The notes beneath the pieces were generated by a model, which was given only the letters and a program-made list of their open reading frames with translations, did not search any database and was not told where the DNA came from. A DNA stretch of 63,917 nt, the filler included, from Phoronis australis (lineage: Eukaryota > Animalia > Phoronida), in assembly GCA_002633005.1 (NCBI GenBank). It is 10 parts of 10 records of this genome, joined end to end, with 100 filler letters (N's around TTAATTAATTAA, not from the genome) between each part and the next. Parts side by side here need not be neighbours in the genome. Positions count along the whole stretch, not along the records: positions 25,129 to 43,105 come from NMRA01001478.1; positions 43,206 to 49,826 come from NMRA01002137.1; positions 49,927 to 54,625 come from NMRA01002511.1; 7 more parts are not named here. One strand, 5' to 3'. Shown here in pieces: positions 38,509 through 53,538 of this stretch. The first letter of the stretch is position 1. Every line of letters starts with the position of its first letter. The position numbers were made by a program, and so were the translations under genes.

Positions 38509-39459
38509 TTAATGTAATAAGTTACAGTAATGGGCATGAATTTTAGATGATGTAAAGGAGACGATTGTATTAAAAGTCGACAGTACGTCTTTGTCCACTA
38601 TACTCGTTCAATATTCTGTCAAAGGCATAATTTGAAAATCTGCTGTTGACTCTTGGTGAGAAGGATCACTTAAAGTTGCATTTTGTCCAGTTAAGCTGGC
38701 TGAAAAGCAAAAGCTGAATTGAGCTTTCTACTTTTTGTAACACCATATGATTCCACTTCCAACTCAAATTAAATCAAAGGTAATGCGTGCATGGGTCATT
38801 TTTGATTACTCTATTTCAGGCTTGGCAAACCCCAATAAACTTTGAAGCATTTTCTTGGCTCACTCATGGTATTGCAAATAAAATTCTTCCAGGGTAAAGA
38901 TTATTATCACATCGATTATATGAGAGCAAAAGGAATAAATTCGATTTACGTTTTTCAGCCAGATAAAAGGCGAAATGCAGCTATAAATTTGCTCGCTTTC
39001 AAAATTTTTGCGATGGTGAAATCTGTTTTTCAGGCTACAGAACATTTTTACAGAGGTTAGTGCTGCCAAGCATATTTAAATACAGGTTGATACAACACTG
39101 GTCAAATACAAATAGCTGGCCTCGTTAATCAGAAAACAAACAATAAAATTTGGTACAACTTGTTTTAAACTCAAGTAAAATAACCCTCCAGGTGGAGAAA
39201 TGGCTTTCATCAAAACACTTGTACCCCTCACAAAGCAAAGAGTCAAGATCATTTTCTTCCCCAATTCTCAGCTCTGACCAGATAAGACAGGGCTTGGAAT
39301 GACCAATGACAAAAAAAATTTCCAGGTGATATAACATTCCACAAATAAATAGGCCTGTGTGACAAATACTTATTGTGTTGTAAAATTTAACTGAAATAAA
39401 AATTTTGAATGAATGAAGTTAAAATAATGATAAACAAGAGAAAATTGGAAATCAAATAA

Positions 39460-40142
39460 GGGCTGTTCCAGTAAAATCTGTATGGGAGGGCGGGGGAAGG
39501 CACCTTTTTTTCGCACCCACCACCCATATTTTTCATTTATTTCTTCAGCCTACCACCCGTAATTTTTTATAAGTTTGAAATGCAACCACCCGTAATTTTT
39601 TTTGTTCTTGTGGTTGACTGCACAGGCGCTTGAATTTATCTGTTCCTCCATCACCTCTAACATCATTCATTACTAAGAAAACATATGTTTCTTATATATG
39701 GTTATTAGCCATCGAGAAATTTGAGCACCTGTGGTTAAATGGTGTTATTTGCATGCCGATGAGGAGATGGAGGGAGTGAAAAAATCGGAGCTTTTTGCAA
39801 GTTGCATTTTTGTTTCAGTTTTTGATTCTGTGCGGATTGTTTATAAAATTTACTAAAATTACCCACCATCAAACATTTATGGCCCAATGAAACAACAACG
39901 ATCTGTAAATTTTTATTTTTTGAAGTAAGACCACCAGCCATTTTGAATTTAAATCAAACGCAACCACCCATAAATTTTTATTTCAGTTGCCTTCCCCCCC
40001 CCCCNNNNNNNNNNNNNNNNNNNNNNNNNNNNNNNNNNNNNNNNNNNNNNNNNNNNNNNNNNATCAAACGCAACCCCCCATAAATTTTTATTTCAGTTGC
40101 CCTCCCCCCCCCCCCCTCACACAGATTTTGCTGGAACAGCTC
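39460..40142. mobile_element. PIF/Harbinger (Tourist-like) MITE, copy 2
   Basis: TAA|GGGCTGTTCCAGTAAAATC ... GATTTTGCTGGAACAGCTC|TAA; TAA TSD. Confidence 0.85.
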
Positions 40143-40947
40143 TAAGAGGGTATCGAAACCAGAAATAAGGAAATCCTCTTAAAAGAGGAAAATTCCAAGC
40201 CCTGACAAGATTCAAAAGTACCCAGTCTCCATCTCTCGCAACCTTGAGGGTTCTCACTCTATTCTTTTTTCACAAACACAGTTCTTATCCCATGCACCAC
40301 AATTATTTTCATACAAACATTCCTAGGTCACACAGCCCATGTTTTTTTCCTTATAAAAGTTTACTTTTGTCACAAACAGTAGATTGCTGTTAAAGAGAAC
40401 ATTCATGCATTTTGTAGGGGAAGATAACATTTTTAAGGGGGGAAATAACATTTTTAGGGGGTGATAACGTTTTTAGAGAAAGAACAATTATCGATACTGC
40501 TTTTACATGAACTTTCATTCTGTGAAATAAAACAAATCAATGTTACAATACATATTGACAGTCTATCAAGTGTTGCCTATGAAAACTGCCATGGGTAATG
40601 CTTTTTGAACATATACCATGATGATAAAACTTGCCTAAGTCGCACATCTATACGACGGATTTTCGCTAAACTAAGACCTGTGGTATGATTGTTCGTGCAC
40701 TTGGCCCTTCAAATGGGTCAGACTTCGCCTAACTTGGATAAAACCTTGGTCCAGTTGAAAACGACTTAAGACACATTACACTGTAATATATAACAAAGTT
40801 GGCAGGTATCCACTACCATATGAAACTAAATAGCCTTAAGATGGATTATAAAACTGTTGCCAAATTACAAAGAATAATTATGTTAACCATAACAATGCAC
40901 AGAAGAAATAATGTTTAACAAGACTAGTGTGCTTACCAAAAAGTCTA

Positions 40948-41511
40948 TTACGTTGTAGCAAATGAATGCACACTTTTAATCACACTGTTAAGTCTATCCC
41001 TGTGCCAATAGATGGCGACACATAGACTGCCTAGGCCCAAACATGTTAATCCCAGCCAACGCCGGGAAGCCTTCTTGTATGGCCGTATTAAATCTGGCGG
41101 CTTGTACTCTTCAATGCTCCGCATCTAAAATAAAAGAAATTTCAAAAAATGCACAAGTTTGCATGACAAAAACTATTTCCAACATGCACTTTTACCCAAG
41201 AGTTGCACATTCAATGAAAACCTCTAAAACGTACGATTTGGAAATTTAATGCTTTCTAGACCAACAATACCAGCATACCATTCTACAAGCATATCAACAA
41301 GCCTGCTCATAACAGTGGCAGGAAAAATGCTTGACTCATGTCAGCCACCACATTTCATGGGTACCTTGCGAGCAGGATATTCTCCACCACATTTGTCTAC
41401 TACAGCAGTAACTCATTTTTCTTATCTTGCCTTACCTCCGCCAACTGTTGCTGTAACGTGGTCACCTCCCTGTACACCTTGCCTATGTTGTCCAGAGTCT
41501 TTTCACCATGA
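40948..41511 (-). CDS. Last two coding exons of an unidentified protein with a coiled-coil-like segment and C-terminal transmembrane anchor
   Basis: Exons 41511-41436 (CTACAG| ... |GTAAGG) and 41124-40948 (TTTTATTTTAG|) splice in frame to HGEKTLDNIGKVYREVTTLQQQLAEMRSIEEYKPPDLIRPYKKASRRWLGLTCLGLGSLCVAIYWHRDRLNSVIKSVHSFATT*. Confidence 0.65.
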
Positions 41512-44134
41512 CTGTAGAGTGTGTCCACAGCCGAGCCATCCTACACAACAGAGTGGGTCTAATGACTAACTTGGTCTTCACTAAATGAAGGGCGAAAATT
41601 TAATGCTACTTACAGCACCATCATATATACCCGTGTTTTAGCGCAGAAACCTTAACATTTTCAAGAAGTTGAGTTAAGCATTTCAAGATTTCAACACAAC
41701 ATACAGATTCTGCAGCATAACGCAAAATGTTCATGATAGACTGTCAGAGGTTAGAGGAACTATAAACTTGACACGCTTTTATCAGCGATTTCAATAGTTT
41801 ATTACCCATTCGGGCTGTAGGGGCAATAACATGGTAATTACGCCATCAGGTGATGTGTATAGGCGTGAAATTGCATGTTACCGGCCAAACAAGGGTTTGT
41901 GGTTTTCTCTGGAATTTCCACTGACCAAAATGAGGCGAGGTTTTTCGGGTTGGTCTATCACGACCAAAACGTGATATGGGTAATGGCTCTACTGTATATC
42001 ACTTAACCTGTGTTTGAAATCGGCAATTTTTATTTAATTATCACAATGAGCGACTCTCTTGCCGACATCTTTTGCAAGAATTACACCTAGAAACCTCAAA
42101 GAAGGACAAACCTTGGATATTAAAGCAACAATAACCTATATGTTCTATGGTCAAAAACAACTTTCTTCACAGTAGTCTTTGATCTTGAAATGCTATAGCA
42201 TTCTTATATCTAGGTAGAATAGAAACTGATTACATTAAAACGCCTGCAATTAAAACTAACAACCAAATTGGTGCGGCAACTGAAACAACCTGGCATGATA
42301 CGTTGCTCCATAAAACTGTTTGAAGCAATGACAAACTGTCAGTTTTTCTCAAGTCAAAAGATGATTTCTAATCTGAGCAAGGAAGGAGATGAGACTGATT
42401 TTAAGACAGTAGTTGCCAAATTGAAAGTTGTTTATTTGGATTTAAGGTGAAGATATATCAAACCTTTAGTACAACTAGATAATTAATCAGAATCTTCATT
42501 AGTTTGGAAAATGCATGATGACTGTACTGTCCAACAATTAAACTCACTAACAGTACTAAATCATCATAAGACACTGCGATGCCTAGGCAACTGAAGCGTG
42601 TAGAACACACCTAAAGGTTCTTTGTCTAACGATTGTAACTCATTGTGTGAAAAAACAAAATCAACAAACTAAGACAAAGTCCCTAAAACTACCTACTGAC
42701 ATAAACAGTCTATCAATCTGATGCAAATTCCATTTGCGATATCACACAGCAGGGGCGGATCCAGGATTTTGAACTATGGGGGGCCAGGGCACAGGAATAC
42801 CCAGAATTTCGCCACACGCACGCATCCAGGGATGTAGGGGGTCTTGAACTTTTGGATTTGTGGACCGTATTACTAAAAAAACGGGTAAACCGGATTTGTT
42901 CAAGGCTATATGCAATGTGCATTCGCCCCCTGAGCCCCCCTAGGTGCACACATATGCCAGTCAGCAATTTGCACCCCGAACTGCCAAATGGAATCAAGAG
43001 AGAATTTTAGGGGAGGCCATGGCCCCCTTGACGCCTCTTCCCATCCTAAACCTGCCACTGCACACACCAATTTGCCATCTTCACCCACTAAAAATAATCA
43101 TACTCNNNNNNNNNNNNNNNNNNNNNNNNNNNNNNNNNNNNNNNNNNNNTTAATTAATTAANNNNNNNNNNNNNNNNNNNNNNNNNNNNNNNNNNNNNNN
43201 NNNNNGGGCCACAGAACAATAAACAGCTCATCACTCATCACAATCGTTGGAATTTTTATTTTTTCATTTTTCCTGAAACACCCACAACTGACTCTAAAAT
43301 GTATGCAAATTTTTGTAGCGCCAGATTACCAGTTGGCATGAGGTTTAAAGCAGGTCTATATGATGGTGCATTACATCTGGAGTTCTGAAAATTAACAAAA
43401 CTTCTCTTGGTCGTGTAGGACGGAGGACCACCGACTTTGGGGAGGAGGTCATGGTGCGTACTTCCCAATCTGCTTTCAAGTTTTCGTGTGTGCCCATGAG
43501 CTGGCTTGTGGGCTCTACTAATGTTAGGCGCCAATGTATAAAAATAATGACAGTGGATACTGAATGTGGGTGGCCCATGTCAGAGTCGAGCATCCAAACC
43601 GTTCACCCACGAGGTAATTGCCACTTGGCAAGTGGTTTAGAGAGGCTCCATGTGACGGCGCATCACACCTGGAACCAGAAATTGCTAGCTAATGGGGAAT
43701 TACTCATTGGATGATCAGAAGGGATGCCAGACCAATTGGCAGGCAGATTAAGTTCAAGTACCAGCTTTGGAAAAAAACAGGGATATACCTTAGCAGTCGC
43801 CCAGTAACTCAAGGTAACTAAGTTTTAAGCCAGGCCCCAAGTATTTACTAGTTCTGTCGCCCAGCTAGTTTTATAATCATTCAGAAAATCATTCACATTT
43901 ACAAGCGAAGTATTTTCTACATAAACACGTTTAATAATCTTTTCGACAGATGGCATATTGTTGGAATACCAGAACCATATTGGGGCAAAATCAGTATTTT
44001 CCCTTTATATCCGACTACGGTCCCGCGATTTCAAAGTAAAATTTGGATAAAAGTGTCATCTTCAGGATGTCATGTATTGAGTTTGTACCAGATGTTTGTT
44101 AGTTCCAGCAGCTCTTAAAATGCATGACTGTTAA

Positions 44135-44390
44135 TCACGTGTTACTATGACGTATATCCTTTATCATGTATAAATAGTTTTATTCACGTGTTACTATGAC
44201 GTATATCCTTTATCATGTATAAATAGTTTTATTCACGTGTTACTATGACGTATATCATTTATCATGTATAAATAGTTTTATTCACGTGTTACTATGACGT
44301 ATATCCTTTATCATGTATAAATAGTTTTATTCACGTGTTACTATGACGTATATCCTTTATCATGTATAAATAGTTTTATTCATGTGTTTT
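44135..44390 (+). repeat. 49-bp tandem repeat, ~5 near-identical copies, in a RagA intron
   Basis: Unit TCACGTGTTACTATGACGTATATCCTTTATCATGTATAAATAGTTTTAT. Confidence 0.95.
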
Positions 44391-45773
44391 ACTTTAACCT
44401 AATTACATGAAAATCAGGCTTATCCATGTCCACCTTGTCATGATGGTTGTTGGTTCTGGCAGCACTTAGAATGTATGACTGTTAATGAAGTGTTATTATG
44501 ACATATATCCTTTAGCATGTATTAATTGTTTCTTGCATGCGTTTTAGTTACTTTGATGTTGTTTGCTTCAATGCTGATTACTTTGACAATATAATACTTA
44601 TATCATTCAATAGGTTTTATATACGTCATACACCAACGACATTACACAACTTATGCAAATATTACTGTGGTGCAATAGTCCTTTTGCAAGTTTATAACAA
44701 TAACGCGAGATTACGTGAGACTTAATTGTGACGTCACGGGAAGTGGGGCAAAAGCTTGTCATTTGGCTCATTTGCCCACTACGTTAGCAGAGTGTATTCT
44801 GTTATTTTCTTCCACTTTTTGGCCGTTTAGTTTGAAAAATGCCAAACAAGTATTGCTGTTATGGCAAATGAAATTCAGATTCGCACTACAATACGTTTTA
44901 TCGCGTTTTGTACTAATTTTGTTTCGTGTATTTTAAGCGGGTGATAGGCGAAATTCGCTCACTGATTAAGTTTTCACCACGTCAAAAATACATTCTACAT
45001 CTAAAATTATCACCTAAAAAGGCGCTTATTTTCTCCAGTGGTCCTTTCTGCTTCTAAACATATCTTTGATGAAGCNTTTTTATTGGGATCAACATTAATA
45101 GGTCAAAAAATACCACCCATTTTTAATGCATCACTTCTTACAGGAACGACCACCCATAATTTGAGTTTTTTTGTAAAGACCACCACCCATGAATTTTTAT
45201 TTCTGCTGCCGTCCCCTCCCACACGGATTTTACTGGAACAGCCCTTAAAGAATTGTGCATTAAACAGTGTTTTTGTTGTTATTTTGAAACTCTATAACTG
45301 TAGTAGAACCACATCCACATTTTAAGAAATTCAATCAAACAGCTTCTATGCGAATGAAATCACAATCCCACACAGTTGCAGTAAAACTTGTACGTCAGAT
45401 CCAACTGGACCACACGATTTTATGCAAATAATGTGAAATCTGACTTAAAGGGCTGAATGCATTAAATGAGAACAACTGTGGCATGTAACTTTAACCTAAT
45501 TACATGAAAATCAGGCTTATCCATGTCCACCTTGTCATGATGGTTGTTGGTTCTGGCAGCACTTGGAATGTATGACTGCTAATCACGTGTAACTATGATC
45601 TATATCCTTTAGCATGTATTAATTGTTTTGTTGCATGTGTTTTAGTTACTTTGATGTTGTTTGCTTCGATGCTGATTATTTTCACAATATAATTCTTATA
45701 TCATTCACTAGGTTTTATGTACATCATACACCAATGACATTACACAACTTATGCAAATATTACTGTGGTGCAA
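44390..45773 (+). repeat. ~285-bp direct duplication (44390-44675 and 45488-45773)
   Basis: Both copies begin ACTTTAACCTAATTACATGAAAATCAGGC and end TTATGCAAATATTACTGTGGTGCAAT. Confidence 0.9.
45090..45244 (-). mobile_element. Partial Harbinger-type MITE, copy 3
   Basis: Ends ...GATTTTACTGGAACAGCCC|TTA; approximately the reverse complement of 54199-54355. Confidence 0.75.
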
Positions 45774-45876
45774 TTATGTTGATTACGTATTTTTTTCATT
45801 AAAGCCATCTTTACTCGAAGGGCAGCGCACGATTACTGTAAGTTTGCAATGCTACAAAAACATCGCGTTTGCTCAC

Positions 45877-47123
<1,247 letters not shown>

Positions 47124-48084
47124 CTACCGTAGATGAGGTATGACTTGCTGCTCAGAAAAGTGAGTTTTTTATGACGAGTTTCCATGTGGAAGAAGCCTCT
47201 TGTGACAAATTCCCTATGAAAAGGTGGGTTTTCCAACACAATTCCCTGCAAAAAGGTTCACCTTCGAGACAAAAACCTCAACAAAAGGCTCATTTTTTAA
47301 CTAAGCAAAATTATAGAAGCCTTTACAAGATTATTTATGTTTAAAACCTTTTGATGCAAATGATATGACATTCTTCTTGTACTGTTTGGGTTAAAAAATT
47401 CTCCTGGGGCGTAGCGTAAAAATGCAACTGAAAGAAGGATTGCTCAAAAAAAAGTTTGATTAAGGGAGTATCTGTTTGAGTTAGAAGGAATTAGATATCG
47501 ATGGTCTCCTAAGGTGTTCCTCTATGTACAAAAGGTACTTATAGCAACACGACTTTGATAGTTTAATCAGTGTGAGGCAAAATCCACTGAAGAGCTTGTG
47601 GTATATGATCGATCTACGGGAGCATAGAGACGGTGGCACTGTCCAACGTTAGCTACAGACATGCTCAGTGGTGCAATCGAAACAGAAAGGGATCAGTTCA
47701 CGATTTCAGAGACGAAACAAAGAACTACTGTGCGTAAGCTAGGAATCTTGGTTAATCTCAAGATCACATATGCGTGAACTTGGAACACACAAGGAAATTT
47801 GACAAGTTCCGACTCAAATAATCACGTTCACGTTGATGAAAATTTGCACAGCACTAAATCAGATTACATGAAAATAAAATTACGTTAACTTCAACTAATA
47901 CTTTTTTCAACTATTGGCGATCTTATTCACCAAATAGTAATTGATTTAACCATTCACATATTCCTTCGATTCTTTGACGCAAGTTACGCTAAAGATCGAG
48001 AAAATTGGTGATCATGAGATCAATAATACACTCCGAAACCCTATAGTCGTCCGCCTAAGCATAAAACCGGCTTGTTGTCTTACT

Positions 48085-48265
48085 CACCCAATTATTCCAC
48101 TTCAAAGTTATGATCTGAATAGGACTTGATTTAACTCTCACAAATATATAGTATTCGTTGATTCAAACGTTTTCTTTTACTTAAGCCGAGTTGTTCAACT
48201 GTGCATTGGTTTTCGGCAGCCATTTTATAATGACACCTATGGTCGTCATGTGCTGCCGCCTTTTG
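48085..48265 (-). promoter_or_regulatory. Probable RagA promoter / first exon
   Basis: YY1-like AAAATGGCTGCC on the - strand at ~48214-48226 and a strong donor GG|GTGAGTAAG at ~48088. Confidence 0.4.
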
Positions 48266-49345
48266 AAAGGACAGAAAACCACACAGAAAAAGGCCAAGAA
48301 AATAGTGGAAAGTGGTTTACAGCAACTCTACTTCAACCACAAACTGTTTTACTGGTATGATATCGATTTTTAAATCGATTAAAATTGATTTAGAATTTCA
48401 GTTCTGGAAAATAAATCACAATTGTTTTATTCCAGGCAGACCTTACTTATTTTGTATTTGTGACCTCTTTATTTGACTTTTTGCTCTTGTTGTTCTTAAC
48501 ATCACTTATCTCTGCTGTCCTTCTTTTTCTTTTCAGTTTCTCTTCATTCTCTGTTAACACCTTGTCAGCCAAAACAGAACTGTAAGCCTTTGAGACTTGG
48601 TAGGCGGAAGTTGATCATTGAACCTCGATACAATTGTTCTAATAAATTACCCATAATTGTATTGTTTGATTTTTTCTCATCTTTAACAGGCTTCTGCATT
48701 CATAAATAAATAAATAAATACCCAAGTTGCATTTGAATTTTATTGCTCAATCTCTTCTTTTATTTTTGATTATGTCATGCTGTGTTGTATGTAACAAATG
48801 CAATATAGTGAAATAAAGTCAATGTTTTACTTTATTGGTGGCCATTCTCTATCAATTCAAGTATTTTAATTTTCTTCAAATAAATTCAAAATGCTTTAAC
48901 CAAAATTTTCAACATAAATGTTGAGTTCAGTACTGTGTTTTGCAATAAAAAAACAAGTGAACAATATTTTGATGACCAAGGCGTGGGCCGAAACTGTTAA
49001 GCACCCAGCGTGTTCCATTTGTCTGCTGCGTTTTTCCTTTGGCCTAACAGATGTCGGTTAGTGCCTGGGACAAATAGATACATTGCATAAACAATCCCTG
49101 GGTTGCTTTTTGTTCCGTCTGAAGAAAATTTAATTTCGAAAATATCTTCTGAAAATGAACAAAAAAGTGCATTAGTAAAATCAACAAGTTTTTAAGTGGT
49201 CTCAAAAAAACAGTCGGTAAATGCATTAATTTTAGTCTCAGTTCTTCCACGCGTGTTTCTCCCGAGAGGTTAGTACCTAACGTGCAGACGAGCGTTCCAA
49301 ATTGGAACGCTAAGTCCCGCGTGGCAGCGCTGCACGCGAAACAAG

Positions 49346-49379
49346 ATGGCGGACGACCTTTGGAGACTGACGACGAGAG
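49346..49379 (+). CDS. Probable first coding exon of an unidentified gene divergent from RagA
   Basis: CpG-rich context; AAGATGGCGG (YY1/Kozak overlap); MADDLWRLTTR followed by G|GTAATC. Confidence 0.55.
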
Positions 49380-50317
49380 GTAATCGGACTATAATGCTGT
49401 AGATGAACTGAACAAAAAACAAAATTCACCTGATTACTCAAATGAATATTCAATTCCAAGTTCACACATACGCGAACTTGAGATTAAGCAGGATTCAAAG
49501 TTCACGCACAGCAGAACTACTCAGAAAAAATATTGATAGTGAAGGTTTAGTTGTGTACAGAACCGCTTCGGCCTTCGAGTATTTGAGTTGGAAAGATTCC
49601 AACTGCCCCCAAAGGTATCCATCTACACCCTAGAATTACATAAAAAACGTGACTTTGAATGATAAGCCATGTTTAAGCGCAATTTGCAGAAAATCTTCCA
49701 GCCATTGGGGATTGGCAGTACAGTGCCGTGGCCTGACAGTACTCAGTAGTCTCAGTAGTCACAAAAGTTTGAAGTCCGGGTACAGTTTAGACGGGTTAAA
49801 TGCAAGATTATCCAGAATAAGATGAANNNNNNNNNNNNNNNNNNNNNNNNNNNNNNNNNNNNNNNNNNNNTTAATTAATTAANNNNNNNNNNNNNNNNNN
49901 NNNNNNNNNNNNNNNNNNNNNNNNNNATTGCATGGTAAAAGTAACTTTTTGGGCCGATTTAAAGATTGCTGGGCTCCCCCTAGTGACCTTTCAGAATAAT
50001 GAGTACCCCTTATTACATTCACTTTTTTGTGATGTATGCATGTTAATGCTCTATATTGCTCGTTAGTTTTCAGTAATTGTTTATTAAAATAGCTCCATGT
50101 AATTGTTGAATTCACAGGCGAGGACATAATGTCCAAACTAAGCCTTTATTGCCTTTGGAAGCCCTCTCAACAATCAGTTTGCCTGAGCAATTTTAGTGAG
50201 TTGATTTTGTTGCCTTAAAAGTATTTTATTGAGCTTTTGGCTTCATGGATTCTTTTCTGTTTCCTTTTGTCATCTACATTTTGGGCTCTTTACATTGAAT
50301 ATCATTTATTGTTTCAG

Positions 50318-50428
50318 GTGGATTTAAAAATCAGTCAGTCTCTAATAGCTGAGTGGCAAGGCAATGCCATGGCTAGTTCCAATGGATCTGTCACATGCAA
50401 GAGTCTAGCTGGAGCACCAATTAAGTAA
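50318..50428 (+). CDS. Probable terminal exon of an unidentified gene
   Basis: Acceptor TTTATTGTTTCAG, then VDLKISQSLIAEWQGNAMASSNGSVTCKSLAGAPIK* and an AT-rich UTR-like tract. A gap separates it from the exon at 49346. Confidence 0.4.
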   Translation: MDLKISQSLIAEWQGNAMASSNGSVTCKSLAGAPIK

Positions 50429-52091
50429 TCATCTATGAAAAACTAGTCGTGCTCATCAGGTCATGTGTGCTATTCATAATAATTGTCTGAAGGGAGAAAA
50501 TCATGCAGTGATTAATTATATTGTTTGCGAGTGTTTACTGATCTAGGCTTGTGAATGTTTCTGCCACTAATGAAGCAAGTGCCACATTCAATTGCTGTTG
50601 ATTTACTTTAAAACCCGCTCAAGTCGGATCCATTCTTGAGTTCTTATCCAGATGAGGCAAAGTTTGACTTATCGGGACCTATCACGATGGTAACATTTAA
50701 CTTTGTCCGAGTTCCGGAAAGTCCGATTTGTTCAAGTTTTACTGTGTCATCATGTATGTTTGTGTTGCATGTAACAAGTTAATGTTTAAGTGCACGATTC
50801 ATCCAGTGTCTTGCTTTCAGTGATACAGCTTGAAAACACGTGCATCAAACTTTACTTGTGTTGTACTTACTGGTGGTATAATGTAGTGATAATTATAATG
50901 ATCTGGTGTTCCTTAGCTTCAGTTTTTAGACTGAAATTGACTGGCACACTGTTGAGGTTTCACGAAAATCTAAATATCACAGCAGATGTGGTTGTATGTA
51001 CTTACAGTAAGGCACATTTCAGTTAAAGCTCTCAAGTCATCATAAATACCAACTGTAATTACTAACATAGCTGTTACCTACATAGTAATTGTATATCTTA
51101 TCTTGTTTCAAGAATTATCTAAAGTGTTTCATATTGTATGTAAATGCAACCATGTAATTTGATGTCATTTTCAGACATGGTAAAACTCAAATTGTATTTC
51201 ATTTCATGGTGATAAAATGTCATATCATGATTGAACAATGTTGTGTCTTAAACTTGGTGAAAAACTGCTAATGTATGCGCAGAATGAAAATTAGAGTCCT
51301 CGACATGTTTTTATTTATTAATGAATTCATTATAACTATTCACACTGACTGCAGAGTAGTGTATGCAATAATTATTTCACACACAATATTTATTATGAGT
51401 TTAAAATGATGAGTTTATGCCATATTTACAACATGAAAAAAATGATGAACACAGCACCTTAGTTACAGTAGTTGTTACATTCAAATCCTAAACTAACCAG
51501 ACACATTTCCATGACAACTACCATCAAATATACTCTTAAAGTCACAAAAGACCTAGGATCACCTANACCAGACACATTTCCATGACAACTACCATCAAAT
51601 ATACTCTTAAAGTCACAAAAGACCTAGGATCACCTAGCAGCACGACAACTAAAATCAAACACATTTAAAACCACAATACAACCAGGATCACGTCGGGCAT
51701 GCAATGGGTGTTTCCTATTCATATTGGTATTAGCACATAAACGTGGTAGCGTATGGTAGATCAACCAAGATCGACCCTGAAGACCAGAAACCACAACTGA
51801 CCAAGTTTATAGCAGTGTTAGACTATAATTAAAAAATTGTTATTTTTGACATTGAATATTGCTGAGAAAGGATATTGCGTGGCTACAACTTACATAAACA
51901 GACACCATAATAGAAATTAAATGATACTTGCACCTTAAAATTTCGATAATTTCATACATACCATAATGATGTACACGAAAATTGGAACATGACATCCTGC
52001 CTGACCTACTGTACATACAAGAGAACAACATTAAATGTGAAATTTAATGAATGGCACAACATAGTAATATGCATAGGGTAATTAAAATTTA

Positions 52092-52343
52092 TCAGTCCCA
52101 GCTGATATCATCTTTTCGTAATGTTGTTTGTATTCGTTTGACATCTTTCAGTAAGTCTAATTTACCAGTCTTTGCAGATGTCGGTCTTTGTGCTGAGGCA
52201 GGCCTGGCTACATGAATGTTGTGTGCTGTTTTACCCTTTGTTTTTATTGTCGTTGTCACTTCAACCTCCCCATTGGTTGAAGATGATCTCTTTTGTTTTG
52301 GTTCCTTGAGTTTTGCCTTTGGTTTGAATTTCTTTTTTGTCAT
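52092..52343 (-). CDS. Terminal exon resembling the CEP57/CEP57L1 (translokin) C-terminus
   Basis: Acceptor TTGTTTGTTTTCAG; the ending LDLLKDVKRIQTTLRKDDISWD* resembles my recollection of the CEP57-family terminal motif LLK-x-(M/V)-x2-(I/L)Q-x2-L-x5-W. AATAAA on the - strand near 51310. Confidence 0.55.
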   Translation of the reverse strand: MTKKKFKPKAKLKEPKQKRSSSTNGEVEVTTTIKTKGKTAHNIHVARPASAQRPTSAKTGKLDLLKDVKRIQTTLRKDDISWD

Positions 52344-53396
52344 CTGAAAACAAACAACAAGTTATGGTTAGATACTGACAGTGAGTTATCAAGAGATGCC
52401 GAAACAATTAGGTTATTCTTCAAAAAGGTCGTCTTGTAGAACTCTCCTTTGTACCAGAGGTAGATAAGCACGGTGTCTTCCCTGCCTTGTTTTTAAACCA
52501 TTTAAAGTACCAGAATGGATAAGGTATCTTCAAGAAATGGTTTTCTGTTTGGTTCAAATTATTCTGACAAACTTGCTCTATCTACTCGCTCCCCCATTTT
52601 CATGTCTTTTGTCAGGAAGTCAATGAACTTGAAACAACGCATCCATGGATGTTTGTCAAGTTAATCTAACTTCCTCCAATCAAAGTTGCAGGAAACAAAC
52701 AGCAGCAATACTTAATTGGCACTGGAAGGACGGATTTAGATAAACTAGTAAAGAATACAACTACAACAAAGAACATGGGGAACTCCAAGGGCGTGAAAAC
52801 AGCACGCAGCATTGTGGGTAAATACCGCGAGATTAGACTTTTGCTCTGCAATTTGGGAAAACCCTATTGAAAATTAACTCCATCTTTCACGAAATGATTT
52901 ACTTATACACTGTTACAATGTTCAAAAAACTTTTCTCCAAAATGCACATAGTTATCGTTGTTAAAACCATAAATCAGCAATAGTCACTTGGAAGGGTCCC
53001 AGATATTGAGAACCAGATTGGTGCCCATTAATCATTGGGAAAACTGGTTCACGAAATGCGGGAACCCCATAAATGACTATTACCTACAAATCTTTGATCA
53101 AGGCCATAATTTTACACCGTTGTGTCACAACTCCTACTCAAGAACATAAGAGTTCTGCATTCCATTCACCCATAGAAAACGGATTGGCAATTGTATCCCT
53201 CCTAATTTTAATTTCTTCCATGTGACTCCAGAGAACCAGACTAAATGTGCAGTTATGATGAAAAAAGGTATTGAAGACTAAATGACATTGCAATTTTTCA
53301 TTCCACCACATTGTACAGATTACGTGAACTGTCTGAGTGAAGTATTTAAAAAACCTGCCGAAAAAATGAAAGAAACTTAGGAATTTGAAGCACATG

Positions 53397-53538
53397 GGAT
53401 AAATACAAAACATACCTCGATTGGCGTACATGAAGTAATTTCCCACTCGACATTATTCCGCGTATCGACCGAGACCGAATGTCTTGTGGGATATTACTTC
53501 ATCTACGCCACTCTCGGTACATTTTGTGTATTCATCCC
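53397..53538. mobile_element. Palindromic fold-back element
   Basis: GGGATAAATACAAAACATACC..TGGCGTACATGAAGTAAT.TCCCAC mirrored by GTGGGATATTACTTCATCTACGCCA..GGTACATTTTGTGTATTCATCCC. Confidence 0.65.
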
